A model generated the notes under the pieces. That model was not told where the DNA came from, did no database searches, and saw only the letters and a program-made list of their open reading frames with translations. Of a stretch of DNA of 63,234 nt, positions 1-7,027 are shown in pieces. The stretch is from a bacterium (GTDB taxonomy: Bacteria > Patescibacteriota > Andersenbacteria > UBA10190). The position numbers and the translations under genes were made by a program. How positions within the stretch are numbered: position 1 is the stretch's first letter; the number at the start of each line of letters is the position of its first letter. The stretch covers positions 1 to 63,234 of the forward strand of contig JBDRMS010000011.1 of assembly GCA_043811915.1 (NCBI GenBank), given 5' to 3'.

Positions 1-1131
1 GGCTGGTATGAGATAACGGCCTACACCGACACCAATACTGTTACTCTAGACCGCGCCCCCGACGGCGGCGTTGGCGGAGTAAGCAGCGGCGTCGGCGAAG
101 TGGGCGGCGCCAGAGCCGTGCCCACCGACGCCTTTTTTGAAGCCCTGACCGCCGGCAACACCGTGTACTTGAAGGTGGGCACGTACACTTTGACGGAGAA
201 TGTAAACATTGCTAATGACGGCACCTACGCCCTCCCCATAACCGTCAAAGGCTACAACACCGCCCGCGGAGACAACCCTACAGGCGACAGCCGGCCGACC
301 ATTGCCGCCAATGCTTATGATTGGACATTTGATAATTATTGGACAATACGAAATTTGATATTAACTACAACTGATCTCTTTGGATTTTATGTTGGTCTCT
401 CTAACATTATAGAAAACTGCAAGTCCACCAATAACTCTCCTACTGCAAATCGCTCAGCTTTTTTACTTTCTAGCAATAGCAAACTCATTAACTCTGAAGG
501 AGTATCAACAAATGGAGACGCTGTATCTCTTAGTACCTATAACGGCGTTATTGGTTCATACCTCCATGATAGTAATATTGGAATATCATCAACGCATCGT
601 GTAAACAAAATTTTATTTAACATTATTAACACCAACACAACCGGAATATCCGCAATCAACACTAGCTACAATCGTGGGCATAGCATTGTTGACAACACCA
701 TCTACAACTCCACCACCGGTATCACCTTAACTACTACTCAGCTAAGCTCTTTCATGAACAACATCATCGACAGCAACACCACCGGCGCTTCCGCCACTTC
801 GGAATATAAATCCAACTGGTGGGATTACAACAACTGGTCCAACAACGGCGCCGATGTCTCTAACGTTACCAAAGGAGACAACGCCCTGGCCCTCGACCCC
901 GGCTTCACCGACGCGCCTAACGGCATTTTTACCATCGCTTCCTCCCTGGCAGCCAAGGCCTTTCCCGGTCTCTTCCCCGGTGCCCTCACCACCGGCTATC
1001 TGGACACCGGCGCCGTGCAGCGGCAGGAATCCACTCCCACTCCAACCCCTTCCCCAACCCCCGCTACCTCGCCTTCCTTGATCATCAAAGGTGGACCGCT
1101 GCTCTTCAAGGGCGGATACACTATCAAATAA
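1..1131 (+). CDS. Surface/secreted right-handed parallel beta-helix repeat protein, 5'-truncated by the window edge, with a C-terminal Pro/Thr/Ser linker
   Basis: Frame 1 has no stop from base 1 to the TAA at 1129-1131, so the GTG at 100 need not be the start. Repeated N/T/G-rich turns (NTNTTGISAINT, YNSTTGITLTT, IDSNTTGASAT) fit PbH1-type beta-helix coils. The tail is STPTPTPSPTPATSPS followed by LIIKGGPLLFKGGYTIK. Confidence 0.6.
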   Translation, partial: GWYEITAYTDTNTVTLDRAPDGGVGGVSSGVGEVGGARAVPTDAFFEALTAGNTVYLKVGTYTLTENVNIANDGTYALPITVKGYNTARGDNPTGDSRPTIAANAYDWTFDNYWTIRNLILTTTDLFGFYVGLSNIIENCKSTNNSPTANRSAFLLSSNSKLINSEGVSTNGDAVSLSTYNGVIGSYLHDSNIGISSTHRVNKILFNIINTNTTGISAINTSYNRGHSIVDNTIYNSTTGITLTTTQLSSFMNNIIDSNTTGASATSEYKSNWWDYNNWSNNGADVSNVTKGDNALALDPGFTDAPNGIFTIASSLAAKAFPGLFPGALTTGYLDTGAVQRQESTPTPTPSPTPATSPSLIIKGGPLLFKGGYTIK

Positions 1132-1242
1132 GTACAATACAAACCTCCGATGTTTGTTTTGCCGCTACAAGCCGTGAGGCAGCAATATATTACAAGTAAT
1201 CCCTGCTTATACTGCCACCAATTAGTCTAATTTCCCAGCCTA

Positions 1243-1251
1243 TGGCATAAT
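1243..1251 (+). promoter_or_regulatory. Extended -10-like element TGgCATAAT, 9 nt upstream of the ATG at 1261 (leaderless or near-leaderless mRNA)
   Basis: TGGCATAAT is read directly at 1243-1251. There is no Shine-Dalgarno between it and the start codon. Confidence 0.35.
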
Positions 1252-1260
1252 GAATACTGC

Positions 1261-1575
1261 ATGACCCCCAAAACAAAAAAGGATAACGAAAACAAGCCAG
1301 CCACCAAAGCTGATGTAGCCAATCTAAGCGAGGATATCGACCACTTGGCAATTGCTACCAAAAATACTTTCACTCGCCTGGAAAAAGATATCTCTGGTCT
1401 TAAGAAAGGCCAAGCTAATTTAGAAAAAGGCCAAGCCGGCTTGAAAGAAAACCAGGAGAGAATACTGTCAATCGTCCAGTCGATTGACGAGCACTTCAAA
1501 GAGTACCGCGACCTTCCCGGAAAAGTTGAGAACCTCGAAGTGGACGTCTTCAAGCTCCAGACCCGCCCGCGCTAA
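1261..1575 (+). CDS. Small coiled-coil protein (104 aa), paralog of 21716-21988
   Basis: Heptad-like charged sequence. It aligns clearly with the 90-aa ORF at 21716 (KPATKADVANLS / EPATQHDLSLLS; QERILSIVQSIDEHFKE / QEAILNVVQSIDTQLRE; VENLEVDVF / IRRLERSVF). Confidence 0.6.
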   Translation: MTPKTKKDNENKPATKADVANLSEDIDHLAIATKNTFTRLEKDISGLKKGQANLEKGQAGLKENQERILSIVQSIDEHFKEYRDLPGKVENLEVDVFKLQTRPR

Positions 1576-1627
1576 ACTCAAACCTTAAACTCAACTTAAA
1601 CTAAACTCGCGGAGATCGCGCCCATTC

Positions 1628-1657
1628 AATACTCCATATGACGTTATATGGAGTATT
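1628..1657. repeat. 30-bp palindrome AATACTCCATATgACGTTATATGGAGTATT (one G/T mismatch); copy 1 of a repeated palindromic element
   Basis: Base-by-base pairing around the centre at 1642/1643. It lies between convergent genes ending at 1575 (+) and 1708 (-). The core CTCCATAT(A/G)ACGTTATATGGAG recurs at 51312-51333. Confidence 0.75.
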
Positions 1658-1707
1658 AGCTTTAATTAGCGATAAATATCCCAACTGTCATCCTACTACT
1701 AAATAAT

Positions 1708-3129
1708 CTACCGCCAGGTGTCGAGCCAGAAAAGCATGTCGTGCAGTTCTCGCGGTAGCAAAAAGCCGTAAGTCAGGGGACTGAATATCACAAACATGGC
1801 CACCACCGCCCCTAGTAAAACAAAGTAATACTTTGGCTGCTTTAGCACACTGCCCGGCTTGAAAAATCCCTGGCCGTCTAACCACAAAACTCCGGCCAGC
1901 AAGGCAAACAACAGCGGCATCAGATAATGATAAAGAAACAGCGCCCGCGGCACCCGCATTAAGGGAACATAGGCGATAAAATAGCCAAAAATTAGAATCC
2001 ACATCATATTTGAAAATTGAAAATTGCTGCGCCCGCCGAAGCCTTTGGCGAAGGCTGGGAAAATTGAAAATTTTCTTCTCAATTCAAACAATCTTCGTAG
2101 TAACGAAAGGCATGCGAAAAAAAGTACAATTATGAATAATGCACTTCCCCCCCACCACACCAGCGGATTTCCCAAAAAGTAAATCGCTCCCGCCCGCCCC
2201 TCACCACCGCCGTACACCCAGTAAAACACCGAGGTCTGCATGATCGGCCAACTCCACCAAGAGCTGGCGTCCTGGTGCGTCGCCTCCAGATTATAATTCG
2301 CATCATACATTATCTTGTGTAATTCTTTTGTTTCTCTGATAAAGTCGGTCAAAATAAAGCCGTTCCACTGCGGCACCCGCCAGGCGTCGCCCGACCCGGG
2401 CAGCGGCAACAACGCGAAATGCAGCGCCCACCCCGCGCCGTACACAGCCATCCCGCTAACTGCAATCAACAAACCCACCGCCAGATACCGCCTCAACATC
2501 CTGTATGTTGTTGCCCGCAACATACTCCAGGCAATCAAAACCCCTATCAAGCCAACAGCCGCAAGTCCCGTAAACTTGGCTCCCACCGCCAATCCGCACA
2601 GCGCTCCCGTCAATAAACCGCCCGCCACCCAACGCTGCTTGTTTTCCATCCACAAATACGCGCTTATCGCCCCAAATATTGCCACCAGTAGAAGACCGTC
2701 CAATGAAATAATCCGGTTTTGCACCGTCAAAGCGTTATCAAACACAGCTATTATTGCCCCCAAAAAAGCCGCTGCATAACTTCCGCCCAGCTGTCGCAAT
2801 AATCGAAACAGAACCAGCGGCAATAAAACCCCCATTATTGCCGGTACCAGCCGAAAGCCTATTGGCGAAACGTCTCCATATTTCTGCCCGATACTTGAAA
2901 AAGACAGCCCCCCTTTGTAACCGGCAAGTTTTGCCATACCAGCCACCAGTAACTTGGCGTGAGGCGGGTGAATATCAAAAAATCGCTCCCCCGTACAGCA
3001 ATACGCCGTCACAAACTTGCCGAAGTGTACCTCGTCAAAAACCACTTCCCGCGGATAGTCTAGCCACATGAATTGGGTCGCCACTCCCGCCGTTATAATT
3101 ATTATTGCCAGCCAGGTACGTTCTCTCAT
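1708..3129 (-). CDS. GT39 / PMT-family dolichyl-(polyprenyl)-phosphate-mannose protein mannosyltransferase, polytopic membrane protein
   Basis: N-terminal YPREVVFDEVHFGKF motif (the DE...HFGK loop 1 of PMT/GT39 enzymes) and many TM helices. It is the last gene of the pilus operon, 3 nt after the preceding stop. Confidence 0.8.
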   Translation of the reverse strand: MRERTWLAIIIITAGVATQFMWLDYPREVVFDEVHFGKFVTAYCCTGERFFDIHPPHAKLLVAGMAKLAGYKGGLSFSSIGQKYGDVSPIGFRLVPAIMGVLLPLVLFRLLRQLGGSYAAAFLGAIIAVFDNALTVQNRIISLDGLLLVAIFGAISAYLWMENKQRWVAGGLLTGALCGLAVGAKFTGLAAVGLIGVLIAWSMLRATTYRMLRRYLAVGLLIAVSGMAVYGAGWALHFALLPLPGSGDAWRVPQWNGFILTDFIRETKELHKIMYDANYNLEATHQDASSWWSWPIMQTSVFYWVYGGGEGRAGAIYFLGNPLVWWGGSALFIIVLFFACLSLLRRLFELRRKFSIFPAFAKGFGGRSNFQFSNMMWILIFGYFIAYVPLMRVPRALFLYHYLMPLLFALLAGVLWLDGQGFFKPGSVLKQPKYYFVLLGAVVAMFVIFSPLTYGFLLPRELHDMLFWLDTWR

Positions 3130-3132
3130 CGG

Positions 3133-4908
3133 CTACGGCGAAGGCGACGGCGAAGGCGATGATACCAGATCATCATTTATGATCACCACTGTAGCCGTAG
3201 CCCGGCCTATTTGTACATCATGAGCGTTGCTTATCGCTCTTACTACTACCGCAGCGAAATCTTCATCAGCCTCCGCGATGTTATCACCAATCACCTCGGC
3301 CGGCACCACCTGGCTCTGCGGCCCACCCGGGTTAAACGTTAGTGTTACATTCGACCCGGTATAGTCATTGTCCGCCAGCCAAGCTCCCCCATCCTGTAAT
3401 TCCACTCTGACAGTCAAGGTGTCAACCACTACTTGCGACAAAGAAACCCTGAAAGCAACTGCGGTCGTGTCGGGAAAATTTCCTTCTAAAACTTCCGCCG
3501 GGCCGACATTGTCAATATTCACCGTTAATTGAGCCGGCGCCCCGTCAAAAACGCAGCTGCCGGGCGATCCCGTGCAGCTTCCTCCGATTTCGCTACACCC
3601 GGCCGGCCCTTCTGCCACCACTTCAACACTGCACCCCTGCGTCCAGCCACCCCAATAATAACTACACTCCGCGTTATCTGCACAAATAGTCCGACAGGCC
3701 CCGGAGGCACCGCACATCTCCCCACTAGCACAATCCTCATCTCCGTCACAAGCATCATTACTAGACGTCAAATTACACTCCTTGCCATTAGCACACCAGC
3801 TCCGGTTAGGATCAATATCGGGATCCGGCGGAGGACACGATACAGGGTTACACTCCTCCAAGCCGGGACAATTACCGCCCGGGTTATATCCGCCACGGCA
3901 GGAAGATACCGCCCCGCCTGCTGTCGCCGCTCGGCAATTCGGCACCCATGTTGTCTGACACTGTCGCACTACTTGCCAGCGTCCACAGCCGGTAAACGAC
4001 TCCGAATCTATATACTGACAACTCGATTGACAGCCAGCGGGACAATCCAGTGATGTCTCGCACCGGTCCTGCTTACAAACCATCGGACTGCTGTCTGCCG
4101 GACCGGTGTTATCATCCGACGGAAAAGTGATATCATACCAGTCCTCCTGGTAACAAAAACCGCTGAAGCATACATTTTGCGCCGGACACGTCCAGTCAGG
4201 ACAGCTAGCCGTGGGACACACGCCGCTTAACGGGCACAACGCCCCACTGGCGCACATTCCGCCCGGCATACAAGCATCTCCCTGTGGGTCAACCAAGGGT
4301 ATAGCCGTGCCGGCATCGGGACATAAACCGGCCAGTGGACACAATGTCCCGTTATCGCACAAAAGCCCCGGCGTACACGGCAAACCGGAAGGTGACGGCG
4401 GTACAGACACCGGTGGATTACAAATACCCGTCGTCGCGTCACAGCTCCGCGAGTCAGGGCAGGACACGCACGACTTTGGTTCGCCTTTCTCCGAAATATA
4501 CGTTACTACCTGCGTGTCGCGCACCGCCCCCGATGCCGCCGGCCACTCCACCAGTAGTTCCACTTTTTTGTAATCATTAGTTTCAGCCGTCAGCGGATCA
4601 TCCACGTATTGTATGGCCATAGTGAGCTGGTAAGTCTGGTTATTACGAACCACCGTTTCAACATACCCGGCAATCACTCCCGCTGGCTCGCCCGCGCCCG
4701 GCGACACAAACCCCACATCGTTATACGGCAACGATTCAATAAATTCTTTATACTCATTAACAATGGCCAGCGCTGCCACCTGCCGCTCCGCCTCCACCAG
4801 CAACCGCGTCGTTAATACCGACAAACCCAGTATCCCCACCGCAATTAAAGCAATAACAAACACCGACACCAGCACCTCAATCACGCTTTGTCCTTCTTCG
4901 CCAATCAT
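3133..4908 (-). CDS. Giant type IV pilin-like protein (591 aa): prepilin N-terminus, Cys-rich module, C-terminal Calx-beta-like domain
   Basis: MIGEEG|QSVIEVLVSVFVIALIAV has Glu at +5. I counted about 40 Cys between residues ~146 and ~455. The C-terminal region (DNDYTGSNVTLTFNPGGPQSQVVPAEVIGDNIAEADEDF) matches the Calx-beta consensus. The protein ends in SSPSPSPSP. Confidence 0.75.
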   Translation of the reverse strand: MIGEEGQSVIEVLVSVFVIALIAVGILGLSVLTTRLLVEAERQVAALAIVNEYKEFIESLPYNDVGFVSPGAGEPAGVIAGYVETVVRNNQTYQLTMAIQYVDDPLTAETNDYKKVELLVEWPAASGAVRDTQVVTYISEKGEPKSCVSCPDSRSCDATTGICNPPVSVPPSPSGLPCTPGLLCDNGTLCPLAGLCPDAGTAIPLVDPQGDACMPGGMCASGALCPLSGVCPTASCPDWTCPAQNVCFSGFCYQEDWYDITFPSDDNTGPADSSPMVCKQDRCETSLDCPAGCQSSCQYIDSESFTGCGRWQVVRQCQTTWVPNCRAATAGGAVSSCRGGYNPGGNCPGLEECNPVSCPPPDPDIDPNRSWCANGKECNLTSSNDACDGDEDCASGEMCGASGACRTICADNAECSYYWGGWTQGCSVEVVAEGPAGCSEIGGSCTGSPGSCVFDGAPAQLTVNIDNVGPAEVLEGNFPDTTAVAFRVSLSQVVVDTLTVRVELQDGGAWLADNDYTGSNVTLTFNPGGPQSQVVPAEVIGDNIAEADEDFAAVVVRAISNAHDVQIGRATATVVIINDDLVSSPSPSPSP

Positions 4909-5534
4909 GGAGCCGGCTTAAGATGCCCCCTCCTCGGCGTCGCTACTGTATTTATCGTCACCGCCGCCGGCAACTGATTTTCATCAACATCAATCACTAA
5001 AGAGATTTCCACTCTGTCAATTGCCTTTATATCAAAAGCCGGGTCAACCGCCACCGCCCTCGCTCCCCCCAGAGAATAAAATGTAAACAGGGAGCGCGTC
5101 TGCGATACATTGCGAACATTAACAGACAACACGTTCGACACTTCACCCCCTCCGGGCAACTCTGTCACTCCCCTCATTAATTTACTGCCGTCCAGCCAAT
5201 AGTGCACCTTCTCCGACGCGCTATCGGCATCGGTATTGGAATAAATCACTATCTCATTCGGACCGGCCTGTTGGATCCACCGTTCCTCTCCCCCGCTAAA
5301 TTGGCCGTCGCCGTCGAAATCAATACTGTGAGCATTACGGATAACATCGCTCATTCGTTCCATCTCTGTCCTTGCCTCTTCCACTATCCCTCCCTGCTCT
5401 ATCTGCATTCTTGACAGTCCAAAAACCCTGATTGCCAGAGAAAACAACGCCACCAGCACCACGGACCCCACCGCTACCGCTATCAACACCTCAATAAAAG
5501 TCAGCCCCCTTTCTTTAGCTTTTTTAATCATCAT
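4905..5534 (-). CDS. Type IV pilin-like (minor pilin/pseudopilin) protein, 209 aa
   Basis: MMIKKAKERG|LTFIEVLIAVAVGSVVLVAL is a prepilin cleavage/methylation motif with Glu5. There is a 4-nt overlap with the downstream gene. Confidence 0.8.
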   Translation of the reverse strand: MMIKKAKERGLTFIEVLIAVAVGSVVLVALFSLAIRVFGLSRMQIEQGGIVEEARTEMERMSDVIRNAHSIDFDGDGQFSGGEERWIQQAGPNEIVIYSNTDADSASEKVHYWLDGSKLMRGVTELPGGGEVSNVLSVNVRNVSQTRSLFTFYSLGGARAVAVDPAFDIKAIDRVEISLVIDVDENQLPAAVTINTVATPRRGHLKPAP

Positions 5535-6393
5535 CTATGATCCACACATTACGACTAGTCGGCCACGCTAAATTGCCGTTCCTCGGATTGCTAATAACCC
5601 CGCGCAAATACTCAATCGGCCACCAGCCTCCCCAGCGCTCCCACACGTTGTCAGCCACAATGTTAACCATCACCGTCTTCGACACCTCGCCCGGATTAAA
5701 GACCACCGCCTGATCCGCCGGCACAAAATCCTCCCCCGGCGTGGCCGCTATCGAGTAACCCTCCGCCCTAAAATCAACCGTCACCCGCAAGGGGTAGACA
5801 TGCGACAACACAATGGTAAAAGCCACTTGATTAACATCCGGCGGATCACCCTCTACTACCATCATCGTCCAAGCAGGGTTAAACTTTATTGTCGGCAGCG
5901 CCGTCTCCACCCCCGGCGCCCCGCACGTCACCTCCAAATCATGGTCCCACGACCGCGCGTAATATTCTGTTGTATCAGCCAGCGCCCCCGTCATTGACTC
6001 AATATCGGCCACTATCCGCTGGCACCGATTCTCTACCTCCAAATCATGGGCCAGCGCGGTAACGGTCACTGACCCGCCCCCCGCGCCGGCAAAAGTCAGC
6101 TCGTAACTGCCCATTATATGCCCCGCCGCGTCCTGCACCACCCCCACCAACGGACTGCTTAACCCCAGAAGATCGTCCGGCGTGTAAACCCCGCTGTTCA
6201 GAAAAAACAAAGTGCGCTCAACGCCGGCCTCGCCCACCTGAAAAGCCTGCTCTTCCTGTTCCTGGTCCGTAACCTCGTGGGATTGCCTGACAGCAAAGCC
6301 GAGCCACGCCGTGGCGATGACTAAAAACACCACAAAAAACATCAGCGTCATCGTCAGTACAGCACCCCGCTGCCTAAAATTTCTACCTTCCAT
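5524..6393 (-). CDS. PilX/GspK-like pilus-associated protein with a C-terminal Calx-beta-like domain, 289 aa
   Basis: N-terminal RQRG|AVLTMTLMFFVVFLVIATA hydrophobic helix without Glu5. The C-terminus (AATPGEDFVPADQAVVFNPGEVSKTVMVNIVADNVWE) fits Calx-beta. Confidence 0.6.
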   Translation of the reverse strand: MEGRNFRQRGAVLTMTLMFFVVFLVIATAWLGFAVRQSHEVTDQEQEEQAFQVGEAGVERTLFFLNSGVYTPDDLLGLSSPLVGVVQDAAGHIMGSYELTFAGAGGGSVTVTALAHDLEVENRCQRIVADIESMTGALADTTEYYARSWDHDLEVTCGAPGVETALPTIKFNPAWTMMVVEGDPPDVNQVAFTIVLSHVYPLRVTVDFRAEGYSIAATPGEDFVPADQAVVFNPGEVSKTVMVNIVADNVWERWGGWWPIEYLRGVISNPRNGNLAWPTSRNVWIIDDD

Positions 6394-6409
6394 AGAATAA
6401 AAATACCTC

Positions 6410-7027
6410 TTATTCGACTTCCTGTCCCAGGTTGGTTTTTAAGTTTCTAAGCTGCACCTGTGACAACACTTCCACCGGCGGCGGGTCTTCATCTACATTC
6501 GCGTCAATCAATAATCTAAATTCTATGTACTTAACTTCCGTCAGATCTATCGGCGACAAAGGCACCGGGTCCGCCGGGTAATTGCCCGAGTAATACGTAA
6601 ATATATCGCTGGCTCCATTACGTACCGCTCCCGCTACCACCGCCGTTTCTTCTTCTTCCTCATTGTACGCCAGCGGATCTCCGCTCGGTTTTATAATCCC
6701 CCGCGTAAGGTTAGTTCCCACTAGTTCGTAGCGTACTCTCTCCGTTATATCGTCGCTGTCCACATCCGAATAAAAAATAATCTTTTGTGGCTCCATAGCC
6801 ACTAACGGATACCCGCCCGTATCTGACTCCCGCGCCTCCCGCAGACCCTTGGATATGCGCTTCAACTGTACCCGTGCTGTTTCTGTTGCGCTGGCCTGCA
6901 AAAAAACTATCCGCGATAACGGATACCCGACCGCCATAAAACGCAACAGCGCCACCAGAATAATCGAACTGATACTTACCACCAGTATTATCTCCACCAG
7001 CGTCACTCCCTGGATTAATTTCTTCAT
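6410..7027 (-). CDS. Type IV pilin-like protein, about 205 aa (start moved to the internal ATG)
   Basis: MKKLIQG|VTLVEIILVVSISSIILVAL has Glu5. The ATG at 7027 forms an ATGA overlap with the stop of the upstream gene (7024-7026). The longer ORF-track start at 7051 would add a non-pilin leader. Confidence 0.8.
   Translation of the reverse strand: MKKLIQGVTLVEIILVVSISSIILVALLRFMAVGYPLSRIVFLQASATETARVQLKRISKGLREARESDTGGYPLVAMEPQKIIFYSDVDSDDITERVRYELVGTNLTRGIIKPSGDPLAYNEEEEETAVVAGAVRNGASDIFTYYSGNYPADPVPLSPIDLTEVKYIEFRLLIDANVDEDPPPVEVLSQVQLRNLKTNLGQEVE

Noticed and set aside
300-1131. Diversity-generating retroelement target (the Asn-rich variable region idea) in the beta-helix gene
   Set aside because: I found no reverse transcriptase, no template-repeat copy of the region anywhere in the window, and no C-type-lectin-like C-terminus. 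The Asn richness is explained by the beta-helix repeats.
742-1137. Antisense or shadow ORFs overlapping confidently assigned genes. Examples: 742-1137(-), 2315-2779(+), 3529-4053(+), 7636-8469(+), 9919-10383(+), 10423-10830(+), 13685-14164(+), 18692-19072(+), 38183-38632(+), 39393-39959(+), 47044-47496(+), 49685-50344(-), 53383-53856(+)
   Set aside because: Each lies entirely inside a gene with strong family motifs on the other strand or in another frame. Their translations are low-complexity (Pro/Arg/Ser/Thr-rich), lack start signals, and are typical of open antisense frames in moderately GC-rich DNA.
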